The notes: generated by a model not told the origin, from the letters alone. DNA of 64,000 nucleotides from a virus (IMGVR_UViG_3300017722_002988:67760-131759), one strand, 5' to 3'. Shown: positions 27,469-35,834, counted from the stretch's first letter. Program-made: numbers and translations.

Positions 27469-27545
27469 GCTCGCGTATCTCCTCTGGCTACGAACCAGTT
27501 GAAAGAGTAACTGGATACATGGAGGTTCGACTCCTCTCGTGAGCG
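27469..27545 (+). tRNA. tRNA-like with an atypical 8-10-nt anticodon loop
   Basis: Perfect acceptor GCTCGCG/CGTGAGC; T-arm GGAGGTTCGACTCCTCT; CCAGTT-GAAAGAGT-AACTGG arm. Confidence 0.4.
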
Positions 27546-27559
27546 CCAATTCAAACAAT

Positions 27560-27631
27560 ACCAGTGAGTCCGAAAAGTGAGGGCCAGAGCTGATAACTCT
27601 GTGGTAGGTGGAGCGTTACCACCCGCTGGTA
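27560..27631 (+). tRNA. tRNA-like (anticodon GAT) with the non-canonical T-loop AGCGTTA
   Basis: Arm CAGAG-CTGATAA-CTCTG; T-arm GGTGG-AGCGTTA-CCACC; CCA. Confidence 0.4.
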
Positions 27632-27642
27632 CCAAATTCTGA

Positions 27643-27714
27643 CGGCCTGTCTTCCAATGGTCAGGAAACCCGGCCGATAACCGGGCAATGGTGGTTCAAG
27701 TCCACTCAGGCCTA
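27643..27714 (+). tRNA. tRNA-Ile(GAT)
   Basis: D-arm TTCC/GGAA; arm CCCGG-CCGATAA-CCGGG; T-arm GGTGGTTCAAGTCCACT. Confidence 0.6.
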
Positions 27715-27724
27715 CCAACTTTCT

Positions 27725-27765
27725 TGTGTACATATTATTCCTACGGTGTAGGATGAGAATATGAG
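27725..27765 (+). promoter_or_regulatory. phage promoter motif (variant)
   Basis: TTGTGTACA, then GGTGTAGGATGAGAATATGAG. Confidence 0.5.
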
Positions 27766-27912
27766 TAATGAAGATTATCTTGATGGTTACGATGCTGGCT
27801 GGGAGTTCCATATGGGATCCGGCCAGAGGGAAGAGCCTTCGGACGCCGTATGGCGGGATGATCAACGCCTTGCCAACTGGCAGCGCGGCTTCAATGACGC
27901 AGGAGACGACTC

Positions 27913-28125
27913 GTGATTATCACTCGCACTTCCATGATTAGTGGTAAGACCCACTCTCTGGACCTCGATGTGTCTGAAGCCCAACTGAACCGGTATCACT
28001 CCGGCTCTGGTTACCTTCAGGACATCTTCTCGAACCTGTCGGCAGATGAACGGGAGTTCATCAAGACGGGCATCACGGCTGCTGAATGGAACGATGTGTT
28101 CAACCGCGCCGAAGAAGATGCATAA
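27913..28125 (+). CDS. hypothetical protein
   Basis: ORF. Confidence 0.45.
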   Translation: MIITRTSMISGKTHSLDLDVSEAQLNRYHSGSGYLQDIFSNLSADEREFIKTGITAAEWNDVFNRAEEDA

Positions 28126-28141
28126 ATAAAAAAACCTAATG

Positions 28142-28213
28142 CCTAGGTAGCTCAGGGGTAGAGCAAGGGACTGAAAATCCCTGTGTCGGTGGTTCGAGAC
28201 CGCCTCTAGGCGC
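28142..28213 (+). tRNA. tRNA-Phe(GAA)
   Basis: GCCTAGG/TCTAGGC acceptor; AGGGA-CTGAAAA-TCCCT arm; canonical D- and T-arms. Confidence 0.8.
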
Positions 28214-28224
28214 CATACATTATG

Positions 28225-28297
28225 CCGCTCTGGTGAAGCTGGGGCTCACATCGGCTTGAAACCCCGAAGATAGAGGTTCGATCCCTCTGGGCGGCAC
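28225..28297 (+). tRNA. tRNA (anticodon uncertain, loop TTGAAAC)
   Basis: Acceptor GCCGCTC/GGGCGGC; T-arm AGAGGTTCGATCCCTCT; CCA. Confidence 0.5.
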
Positions 28298-28313
28298 CAT
28301 AACATTTACTGCT

Positions 28314-28386
28314 GGGGAGTAGGGCAACGGTAGTTCGGTCTGATTCTGAGTCAGAAAGGTGTGGGTTCGAATCCTACCTCCCCATC
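28314..28386 (+). tRNA. tRNA-Gln(CTG)
   Basis: U1:A72 pair; arm TCTGA-TTCTGAG-TCAGA. Confidence 0.7.
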
Positions 28387-28405
28387 CAACATTAAAGGCT
28401 ATATC

Positions 28406-28660
28406 ATGGACGAACCTGAAGTCTTCGAAATTACTGACGAACAGATTGAGCAGATTGATCTTTATCAAATGCTCCAGTTTCATCAGACTGGAGAAGGTGT
28501 TCAGATCTCTGTCGTTCAAGTCCCGGTGCCACGGGTTCTCATTGAGAACTTCCAGAAGCAGTTCGGGGAAGAGATGGCTAAAGTCAATTTGAAGCTGGTC
28601 ACCTATAAGGGGCAGGTCTTCTTAGCTCCGGTTAAGACGACCTCTCTGATCGGCATCTAA
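28406..28660 (+). CDS. hypothetical acidic protein
   Basis: ATG (MDEPEVFEIT) just past the tRNA. Confidence 0.45.
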   Translation: MDEPEVFEITDEQIEQIDLYQMLQFHQTGEGVQISVVQVPVPRVLIENFQKQFGEEMAKVNLKLVTYKGQVFLAPVKTTSLIGI

Positions 28661-28669
28661 CCATATTAC

Positions 28670-28742
28670 CCCGGCGGACCCAGCTGGTGACGGGAGCCGC
28701 TTGTCAGGCGGATGCAGGGGAGTTCGATCCTCCTCGTCGGGG
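28670..28742 (+). tRNA. tRNA-Asp(GTC)
   Basis: TTGTCAG anticodon loop; T-arm GGGAGTTCGATCCTCCT; CCA. Confidence 0.6.
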
Positions 28743-28936
28743 CCATAAGTTTGGAGTTACTCAGGAAGGGTGTCGCGACCTCTGAGAATAGTCTTAGACA
28801 ATGTTGGGTGCAACACCAACCTCCGAAGCCAATCATAGAGCTGCACCATGGTGGTGGCTAGCGTCTCATAAGCGCTAAGGTCGGGATCGTTACCCGATGG
28901 CTCTTCTCTAAAAAGTTCTGAGAAAATGCATTTTAG

Positions 28937-28976
28937 CTGTGTACATAATAACCAGCCAGTGTATATTGGGAGAATG
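28937..28976 (+). promoter_or_regulatory. phage promoter motif
   Basis: GTGTACATAATAA, then TATATTGGGAGAATGAG. Confidence 0.5.
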
Positions 28977-29047
28977 AGTTGAGCATCTAATGTTCCTCCT
29001 CTTCCACGGCAGCCCATCGGGTTGACGGCTTAGGATGAGACTGCCCT

Positions 29048-29077
29048 GGCAGACGGCTTGATAATAGTCTGCCACCA
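29048..29077 (+). ncRNA. acceptor-like mini-helix with encoded ACCA (GGCAGAC, 12-nt loop, GTCTGCC-ACCA)
   Basis: Perfect 7-bp stem followed by ACCA, then the AAGTTTAC spacer. Confidence 0.4.
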
Positions 29078-29085
29078 AAGTTTAC

Positions 29086-29160
29086 GGAGATGTCGTCTAA
29101 GACCGAGGACACCAGCGTAGAGCTGGAAATGGGGGTATCGAAATCCACCCTTCTCCACCA
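29086..29160 (+). ncRNA. degenerate tRNA-Glu-like unit with encoded CCA
   Basis: Acceptor GGAGATG/CTTCTCC; Glu-type D-arm TCGTCTAAGACCGAGGACACC; 5-nt-loop hairpin in place of the anticodon arm; GGTATCGAAATCC in place of the T-arm. Confidence 0.45.
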
Positions 29161-29168
29161 AAGTTTAC

Positions 29169-29242
29169 GGGCGGGTCGTCTAACATTTAGGACACCGGCA
29201 TTTGAGCCGGCAATGGTAGTGAAAATCTGCCCCCGCCCACCA
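29169..29242 (+). ncRNA. degenerate tRNA-Glu-like unit with encoded CCA
   Basis: Perfect acceptor GGGCGGG/CCCGCCC; D-arm TCGTCTAACATTTAGGACACC; preceded by the same AAGTTTAC spacer. Confidence 0.45.
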
Positions 29243-29450
29243 AATCAGCGATAGAGCCGGTTCGAGTCCGGCCCTGGGGTCAGCCCCGGGACTCTACTGG
29301 AGAGATGTGGCTGCTAGGAGCTAACCTAGAGGGAGTAACTGAGACAACCCTCGAACTGTTGGACTGCTGGAAAATCCGATAACCGCCTTCTCAGGCTGTG
29401 CAGGACCAGAGAGTTAGCTTCGAAACTATTTGTTAGTTCTGATAAAATAG

Positions 29451-29490
29451 TTGTGTACATTAAATCAGAACTGCTTAGAATGAGAATATA
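29451..29490 (+). promoter_or_regulatory. phage promoter motif driving a non-coding region
   Basis: TTGTGTACAT, then CTGCTTAGAATGAGAATATAAG; no ORF follows. Confidence 0.5.
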
Positions 29491-30190
29491 AGATTGAGGC
29501 AGGGTGATGAACCCGTTAAGTCCTCCCAAGTTCGTGCTGCCGGGTTCGAAACCGCCAGTAAGAAGAAAGCGTCCTCCTGTAGGAACCCTCGAGGGAGATC
29601 GGGGTTGCGACTGTCGCAGGGAGGATGGGGTAAAAGTCCTCACGAGATCCCACCATTTCGCTCGAATGAGCAAACAAGATTGAATGAACGTGTGTGCGCA
29701 ACGGGCCACATGTAACCCTCGGTTGGGGTTCATTCATAAGATTGCCGTGTGCGGCAAAAGTCTGGGTAACCAGATGACAGGGAACGCCTCCCATAGGCCT
29801 CCCGACCTCTCCGGAGGGTAAAGCACACCGAACGGGCTACGAGAGGAGACTCTCGGCTTCATGTACCAATCATGGAGATACGTCCTAAGGATGGGAACTG
29901 AAAAGCCGGCCCCTAGCCGATGGTGGGGGGTTCTAACGGCAGGTCCGCAAGACCTAGGTTCACGCAAACCATTCTAAGACCGATGGCAAACGTTCAGAGG
30001 GTACCGCAAGTCCGAGGCCGCAACCAAGGGCAGGTATCATATCGATAGGAGACGGGCATACGGGCCGAAGGGTTCTGAGGAGACGTCATCTAGAAGATTT
30101 TTCGAGTAACTCGCAAGGTGAAAGGAATGAGTCGTGTTGCATTCTGTAGGGTAAAAGCCTTATGGAACAACTGGTCAAGCACGACTTGGT
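29491..30190 (+). ncRNA. large structured non-coding RNA candidate (about 700 nt) rich in C-GCAA-G hairpins
   Basis: No + strand ORF; recurrent CGCAAG GNRA-type hairpins (AGGTCCGCAAGACCT, CTCGCAAGGTG and others); promoter upstream. Confidence 0.4.
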
Positions 30191-30195
30191 GGGTT

Positions 30196-30267
30196 CCAAA
30201 CATAGCTCATTGGTAGAGCAATCGCATTGAACGCGATAGGCTGTGGGTTCGATCCCCACTGTTTATT
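30196..30267 (+). tRNA. tRNA with anticodon TGA (type I body); acceptor pairs only partially
   Basis: Canonical D-arm AGCTCATTGGTAGAGCA, arm ATCGC-ATTGAAC-GCGAT and T-arm GTGGGTTCGATCCCCAC. Confidence 0.5.
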
Positions 30268-30609
30268 TAAAAAAGCAAAGACTTGACCGAGAGTAAGTGT
30301 AAGAAGCCAAATGCCACAGCCGTAAGGTAATGTGGTCACTTGAAGCTCGCAAGGCGGACGGTGTTGATGTACGGAAGTTCGTAAGGGGTTAGCGCCCTTG
30401 AGTGGCTCGCAAGGTCAGCGGATGGAAAGATGTCGAGTAGCTTGCTCTGCATGTTGGATGGTCACCAACTCAAAAACGACTGGCTTTGATCGGATACCCT
30501 ATCATGTATATAGGTGTGGAGATCTAGGGAATATGCCGGGTCGCACTGGCAGAATAATCCTAGGAGACTGATCATTTAAGCGAGTAACTCTCATCGCTTT
30601 ACAAACGAT

Positions 30610-31167
30610 TTAGGCACCCTCGGGTGTCTTTTTTCGTATTTGGGGGCTAATTCCTCTAAGCTTCATAGTAGCTGAAATTTTAGCTTTACGTTCTTCAGAA
30701 AATGGTTTGCCAATCATCAGTTTTCTTGCTGCTGAGATCTTAGCCTTTGCCTCTTCACTCATTGGTTTGGTGTTGCGGCGTGGTTTGCCAGTTTTAGATT
30801 TAGAAATCTTGGCCTTTGTTTCTTCAGAATGTCTATACACTTTGAGTTGCTCCACAACATTTTGTTTCACCGATTCATAAAATTTGGAACCACGCAGAGT
30901 CATCATTTTGATTGCCCTAGTTTGGCTACCTCCATATGTTTTCCATAACAAAAGATGTGCCACATAGTGTTCGCGTGGTGTTAGATCAATTCGATTCCAT
31001 GGATGGTCATAAAAACTTCCGTATTCTGGAAAGAGATCCTTTGCTCTTGGGCAAATATGGTGCTTTTCAATTGGACCGCTCTTAGGGGTTCTTGTTTCTA
31101 TGAATTTCACATAGCGGGCGAGTTGTCGCCCGTCGTGTGGTTTAGTTCTAAGAATTTCAGCTATCAT
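30610..31167 (-). CDS. HNH-type homing endonuclease with NUMOD3 repeats
   Basis: HHICPRAKD...N...H core; triple SEE(T/A)KAKIS NUMOD3-like repeats. Confidence 0.6.
   Translation of the reverse strand: MIAEILRTKPHDGRQLARYVKFIETRTPKSGPIEKHHICPRAKDLFPEYGSFYDHPWNRIDLTPREHYVAHLLLWKTYGGSQTRAIKMMTLRGSKFYESVKQNVVEQLKVYRHSEETKAKISKSKTGKPRRNTKPMSEEAKAKISAARKLMIGKPFSEERKAKISATMKLRGISPQIRKKTPEGA
30613..30636. terminator. rho-independent terminator (GGCACCC-TCG-GGTGTC-TTTTTT)
   Basis: GC stem plus T-run at the end of the non-coding transcript, abutting the 3' end of the minus-strand endonuclease gene. Confidence 0.65.
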
Positions 31168-31303
31168 GGGAATCTCCTGAGATATTTATGTTCTTCTCAT
31201 CCCTAGGCGCCTTTTTTGTATGTACCTATTTAATGCTATGGCTTAAAGTGAGCCTACGGACGATCATGTCCGAATCACCAACTTCATTATGAGGATCCAT
31301 TTA

Positions 31304-32758
31304 ATGGACATTGCAACCATTCTCTTGCTCGCCGGTATCGCCCTTGGCGTTTTCGTCGCGCTTTGCCTGACGGTGTGGGTTATCACCAAACGACGGGTCG
31401 TTCCGACCAATATGACGCACATCGTGCAGCGAAAGAAGACCACCACTCTCTACGGACAAGGTCAAGTCGCCGGCAACGTTTACTACCACTGGCCAAAATG
31501 GATGCCGATCATCGGTATCGACGTTTCTGTCTTCCAAGGCTCAATCTTCGACGTGACGCTGAAAGACTATGAGGCATATGACGCAGGTCGACTGCCTTTC
31601 GTGGTTGACGTAAAGGCCTTCTTCCGAGTCGACGATGCTGATGTCGCTGCTAAGCGAGTCTCGACCTTCGAGGAGCTGAAAACCCAGCTGACCGCCGTCC
31701 TGCAAGGTTCGGTTCGTCGCATTCTGGCCACTAACGACCTCGAGACCATCATGCAAGACCGTTCCAAGCTGGGCGGCGAGTTCACTACCGAAGTGGATGA
31801 GCAGCTCAAGGAGTGGGGCGTGAAAACCGTCAAGTCTATCGAGTTCATGGATATCCGTGACTCCGGAGGCTCGAACGTCATCGACAACATCATGGCTAAA
31901 GAGAAGTCGCGTATCGACCGTGAATCTCGTGTGGCAGTTGCCGAGAACAACCGTGCTGCTGAGGAAAAGGAAATCGAGGCACGCCGTCAAGTCGAGCTTC
32001 AACGCCAAGACGCCGAACAACAAGTCGGCATTCGTACGGCTATGAAGGAACAAGTCGTGGGTCAAGCCGAGGAGCAATCCAAGCAAGAGATCTTGCTGCA
32101 GGCCAAGGTCACGACCGAACGCGACATGGACGTTAAGAAGGTGCAAGAGGTCCGTGCGGCCGACATCGCCAAGGACGTCGCCGTGGTTCGAGCCAATCAG
32201 GAAAAAGAGGTCCAGATCGTGGCCGCTAACGCTGCCAAGGAGCAGACCATCATCTCGGCTAACGCCACGAAGACGGAAACTGAGACCGTGGCTGCGGGTA
32301 ACCTGACGGCTGCCAAACTGTCCGCCGAAGGCACTCTCGCCACCGGTACGGCCGAAGCTGAGTCGCGCAAGCTGATGGAACTGGCACCCGTCCAAGCTCA
32401 GATCACGCTGGCTCAGGAGATCGGTGACAACGAAGGTTATCAGACCTACCTGCAAACCATCCGCCAGATCGAGGCCTCTCAGGCTGTCGGTATCGAACTG
32501 GCCGGCGCGATGGCCAAGGCCGACCTGAAGGTCATCGCCAACGCTGGAGACCCCCAATCGGGAGTCGCCAAGCTTGGTGACCTGTTCACCACGAGCGGAG
32601 GCACCGGGTTGACCGGAATGTTGACCGCTTTGTCTCAGACTCCTGAAGGCGCCGCTCTTGTGGAACGCGTTACCGGCAAGAAGGGCCCGACCCTGAATGC
32701 TGATGACATTGCTGAGGCAGTCATCGAAAAGGCAAGCGCCAAACGTCCTACCAAATAG
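31304..32758 (+). CDS. SPFH/band-7 (flotillin-like) membrane protein
   Basis: N-terminal transmembrane helix; SPFH core (VDVKAFFRV...LETIMQDR); long Ala/Glu/Gln-rich coiled coil; start chosen at the second ATG, which has an AGGA RBS. Confidence 0.7.
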   Translation: MDIATILLLAGIALGVFVALCLTVWVITKRRVVPTNMTHIVQRKKTTTLYGQGQVAGNVYYHWPKWMPIIGIDVSVFQGSIFDVTLKDYEAYDAGRLPFVVDVKAFFRVDDADVAAKRVSTFEELKTQLTAVLQGSVRRILATNDLETIMQDRSKLGGEFTTEVDEQLKEWGVKTVKSIEFMDIRDSGGSNVIDNIMAKEKSRIDRESRVAVAENNRAAEEKEIEARRQVELQRQDAEQQVGIRTAMKEQVVGQAEEQSKQEILLQAKVTTERDMDVKKVQEVRAADIAKDVAVVRANQEKEVQIVAANAAKEQTIISANATKTETETVAAGNLTAAKLSAEGTLATGTAEAESRKLMELAPVQAQITLAQEIGDNEGYQTYLQTIRQIEASQAVGIELAGAMAKADLKVIANAGDPQSGVAKLGDLFTTSGGTGLTGMLTALSQTPEGAALVERVTGKKGPTLNADDIAEAVIEKASAKRPTK

Positions 32759-32780
32759 GTAACGGACATCTCGACGAAAA

Positions 32781-32803
32781 AGGGCCCTTCGGGGCCCTTT
32801 TTC
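32781..32803 (+). terminator. rho-independent terminator (GGGCCC-TTCG-GGGCCC-TTTTT)
   Basis: Perfect stem plus T-run. Confidence 0.8.
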
Positions 32804-32804
32804 A

Positions 32805-32845
32805 ATTGTACTTAATATCAGGACTTTGTATTATGAGAATGTAAG
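32805..32845 (+). promoter_or_regulatory. phage promoter motif
   Basis: TTGTACTTAAT, then TGTATTATGAGAATGTAAG. Confidence 0.6.
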
Positions 32846-32858
32846 AAGGAACACCGCT

Positions 32859-33038
32859 ATGACCTCGATTGAAGCTGCTACTGATCTGCGGGCCATCCTT
32901 GATGTCTTGACAGCCCATCTTTTGACAAGCCCAGAGATTGGCCCTGGCGAGATGGTCATCATGTCCGTCACCGAGGAACTGGAGGAGATCATGCTTGGTC
33001 TTCTGCCTACTCAAGAAGAGTCATACGATGAAACATAA
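32859..33038 (+). CDS. hypothetical small protein
   Basis: ATG after the promoter (MTSIEAATDL). Confidence 0.4.
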   Translation: MTSIEAATDLRAILDVLTAHLLTSPEIGPGEMVIMSVTEELEEIMLGLLPTQEESYDET

Positions 33039-33133
33039 CGTCGCCGCTAAGGCGCTGGCTTCACCCCAGTTCCGCCAGCAAATCGTCAAGCCTAAGAAGG
33101 GCAAGGGTTCTTTCAAACGGACCCGCACTTTTT

Positions 33134-33175
33134 AGTGTACATAAATGCCCAATGGCTTACTATGAGATAGTAAGC
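33134..33175 (+). promoter_or_regulatory. phage promoter motif
   Basis: TAGTGTACATAAAT, then TACTATGAGATAGTAAG. Confidence 0.5.
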
Positions 33176-33188
33176 TGAGGACGAGACT

Positions 33189-33419
33189 ATGTGGATCAAG
33201 ACCGTTAACAAAGCGATCGCCGCCGAGGGTATCAACCTCGAGCTGGTTGCCGGTGACGGCTATTTCTACTTCGTCGGTCCTGGGTCTGAGAACCTGAGCA
33301 CTGCTTCGGTTATGGTCTATCGGCTGAACGAGCTTAGCCTTGATCAATGGATGACCGAAGCCCGCGAAGTGGCTCGGCTGATTACCAACTATGAGGATGA
33401 ACGTGATGGAAAATATTGA
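33189..33419 (+). CDS. hypothetical protein
   Basis: ORF after the promoter. Confidence 0.45.
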   Translation: MWIKTVNKAIAAEGINLELVAGDGYFYFVGPGSENLSTASVMVYRLNELSLDQWMTEAREVARLITNYEDERDGKY

Positions 33420-33672
33420 AGAAACCTACGACTTCGTTCGCGTTCGCGTTCGCGAGCCGTTTCAGATCACCGCCTACAAAGCGCTGGCCGGCGAAGGTCA
33501 AGCCCTCAAGGAGGCCCTGACCGCAGCTCTCTCGCTCTCCGATGGAGAGTACGAGATCGAGCTGTTTAACAGCGCCGAGGTCGATGATGTCATCACGGCT
33601 TCCAATGATCTTCACAAGCGCCTGAAGGCAGAAACTGCCAACGGCGACGACATTCCGCCCATCGTGGCTTAA
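33406..33672 (+). CDS. hypothetical protein
   Basis: Coupled ORF starting at MENIEE. Confidence 0.4.
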   Translation: MENIEETYDFVRVRVREPFQITAYKALAGEGQALKEALTAALSLSDGEYEIELFNSAEVDDVITASNDLHKRLKAETANGDDIPPIVA

Positions 33673-33682
33673 GGAAACACTA

Positions 33683-33919
33683 ATGCACCTCTATGAATGC
33701 AAGATTGGAACTCTGGTAACTCAAAAAGAGTATCCAAAGTTTGTCGGCTATATTTCTGGCATGGAATGGAATGGTTTGGAAACCATTCCAGTGGTCACTT
33801 GGCCTATTCCTGAGCCGCACCGAATGGTTGATCTTAAATCTAAATATATGTGCGTGCCGTGGATTCAGCTCGATTTGCGAACTCAGGCAATTCACCAAGA
33901 TAATCTGGAACCCTACTAA
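33683..33919 (+). CDS. hypothetical protein
   Basis: ORF. Confidence 0.45.
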   Translation: MHLYECKIGTLVTQKEYPKFVGYISGMEWNGLETIPVVTWPIPEPHRMVDLKSKYMCVPWIQLDLRTQAIHQDNLEPY

Positions 33920-34801
33920 ATGCTACTCCACACTCTAGAAAAGGACAAGTTGATCTCGCCGCCTCGTTGGCTGCCAGACAACACCGCCTATCTGACCGCC
34001 ATGGGCTCTGTTGCTTATGGCGTCAGCGGCGACATGTCCGACGTGGACATCTACGGATTCGCTATGCCTCCTAAGGATATGGTGTTCCCACATCTGGCCG
34101 GCCATATCCCTGGTTTCGGTCCTGCACCTCCGAAGTTCGAGTGCTGGGAGCAACACCACGTTCAGGATAAGAGCGGTAAGAAGGAATACGATTTCCAAGT
34201 CTTCTCCATAGTTCGGTTCTTCCACCTTCTGGTCGAGAACAACCCGAACATGACTGACTCGCTCTTCACTCCGGATCGTTGCGTTCTGCATCAGACTCGA
34301 GTGGCTCAGCTGGTCCGTGAGAACCGGAAGCTGTTCCTGCATAAGGGTGCCTACCACAAGTTCCGTGGGTACGCCTATCAGCAACTCAAGAAGGTTCAGG
34401 CAAAGACGCCTTCCAATCCGAAGCGTCAAGCTCTGGTCGATGCCTATGGCTACGACACCAAGTTCGCCTACCACATCGTTCGCCTAGCGCTCGAGTGCGA
34501 GGAGATCTTGACTCAGGGTAATCTGACTCTGGACGCGAACGTGGCGGTTCTGAAGGCTGTCCGTGAAGGACAGTGGACTTTGGAGCGGCTTGAGCAGTGG
34601 TTCGAAGGTAAGGAACTGCAACTCGAGCAGGCCAAGATGGACTCTAAGCTTCCAGAAGGTCCGAACTATGACGTGATCAAAGTGCTGCTCTTGCAGTGCC
34701 TGGAACAACACTACGGCGATCTGTCCAAGGCCGTTGCCAAGGATAACGGTGGCCAAAATGTCATCAACGAGGTCCAGGCTGTTCTGGATAGATATAGGTA
34801 G
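33920..34801 (+). CDS. Pol-beta-superfamily nucleotidyltransferase
   Basis: GSVAYGVSGDMSDVDIYG is a GS...D(x)D nucleotidyltransferase motif. Confidence 0.6.
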   Translation: MLLHTLEKDKLISPPRWLPDNTAYLTAMGSVAYGVSGDMSDVDIYGFAMPPKDMVFPHLAGHIPGFGPAPPKFECWEQHHVQDKSGKKEYDFQVFSIVRFFHLLVENNPNMTDSLFTPDRCVLHQTRVAQLVRENRKLFLHKGAYHKFRGYAYQQLKKVQAKTPSNPKRQALVDAYGYDTKFAYHIVRLALECEEILTQGNLTLDANVAVLKAVREGQWTLERLEQWFEGKELQLEQAKMDSKLPEGPNYDVIKVLLLQCLEQHYGDLSKAVAKDNGGQNVINEVQAVLDRYR

Positions 34802-34806
34802 GGGCA

Positions 34807-34992
34807 ATGTTTACTGCAATCGTTTGGACTGTTCTGGGCATCTGCGGAGCCCTTGTTCTCTTCGGCCTCATATTCCCGTTTGTGCTCGTCAATCGGTGCG
34901 ATCACATCTGGGAAGTGATTTCTAGCGACGACCGCTCGTTCACCAAAGAGTGCCGTCGTTGCCACAAAACCAAAATGGAGAAACGCGCTTGA
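34807..34992 (+). CDS. small membrane protein with a C-terminal Cys/His cluster
   Basis: TM helix plus CDH...CRRCH. Confidence 0.4.
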   Translation: MFTAIVWTVLGICGALVLFGLIFPFVLVNRCDHIWEVISSDDRSFTKECRRCHKTKMEKRA

Positions 34993-35288
34993 GTATCAAT
35001 ATTGACCTGCTGCTGCGGGAAACCGTCAGCCCGATCCACTCAGATGTGTATAGTATGCAGGTGAAGCTCAATGAGAGTTTCGCCGCCGACTATCATATCG
35101 CCTACGCCTATGGCAATGAGAACTCGCCTGAAGAGGTTCACAAGAAGGTGGCTGCCGTCGGCGCCGAACAATTGGATATGCCGGTGGAAGATTACCTCCG
35201 GCTGTGGACCGAGGCTGTAGAGTGCATCCTTCAATTCCATGAAGTGCCTGCACAGTTTCAGGACGAACGGTATCTGATCAATGACTGA
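34950..35288 (+). CDS. hypothetical protein
   Basis: ORF. Confidence 0.45.
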   Translation: MPSLPQNQNGETRLSINIDLLLRETVSPIHSDVYSMQVKLNESFAADYHIAYAYGNENSPEEVHKKVAAVGAEQLDMPVEDYLRLWTEAVECILQFHEVPAQFQDERYLIND

Positions 35289-35453
35289 ACGTGAGATGTT
35301 CGAACGGTCATTCCAACGGCCCTGCAACTTTATGGATCTAGGTCCATCGGAGCAGTGGGAGATCGATAAGAGTCTCGGCATTCTCGATTGGGAAGGAACG
35401 GGTCTTAACGAAGAGGACCTTAAGAGGTTCAACGCTCACTACCGCAAATAAGC

Positions 35454-35492
35454 TGTGTACATAATATCCCGGTGCTGTATATTGGGATTATG
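35454..35492 (+). promoter_or_regulatory. phage promoter motif
   Basis: GTGTACATAATA, then TGTATATTGGGATTATGAG. Confidence 0.5.
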
Positions 35493-35702
35493 AGCAATCA
35501 ATCCTGCACCCACTTCGTCGGCTTCAAAGGCGAAGAGTTTCATCGGGCGATCGCCGTGTTCGGCAAGCCTGATTTCATCCATCGTCAGAATGACGGCCGT
35601 TGCCGTTCGATGATCATGGATGAGGACGTGGCTGTTTATGCAAACGGGGCCGAAGTGCCCCACTCGAGCGTTTTTTCGTTCGATGATAGCTCTGTGATGT
35701 AA
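35490..35702 (+). CDS. hypothetical protein
   Basis: ATG within the extended -10 region (MSNQSCTHF). Confidence 0.4.
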   Translation: MSNQSCTHFVGFKGEEFHRAIAVFGKPDFIHRQNDGRCRSMIMDEDVAVYANGAEVPHSSVFSFDDSSVM

Positions 35703-35729
35703 TTAATCTCGGAGCCTAGTCGCGCCGAG

Positions 35730-35737
35730 TATAAATA
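35730..35737 (+). promoter_or_regulatory. T4-type late promoter box (TATAAATA) 14 nt upstream of a tRNA cluster
   Basis: Exact TATAAATA immediately 5' of tRNA-Asn. Confidence 0.4.
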
Positions 35738-35751
35738 AACCACAAGTTCAT

Positions 35752-35825
35752 TCCTAACGGTCCCTCTCGGTGAGGGAACGACACTGTTAATGTCGACGCG
35801 TCAGGTTCGATCCCTGAGTTAGGAG
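35752..35825 (+). tRNA. tRNA-Asn(GTT)
   Basis: Perfect acceptor TCCTAAC/GTTAGGA; arm CGACA-CTGTTAA-TGTCG; T-arm TCAGGTTCGATCCCTGA. Confidence 0.7.
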
Positions 35826-35834
35826 CCAATTCAT

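Noticed and set aside
29491-30190. RNase P RNA or group II domain V in the GCAA-hairpin region
   Set aside because: The universally conserved P4 strands (AGGAAAGUCCGGGCUCC / ACAGAACCCGGCUUA) and the domain V consensus are not recognisable by eye, so no family assignment was made.
31541-32557. 338-aa minus-strand ORF inside the SPFH gene
   Set aside because: It is antisense to the Ala/Glu-rich coiled-coil region, where GC-rich codon periodicity commonly produces long antisense ORFs.
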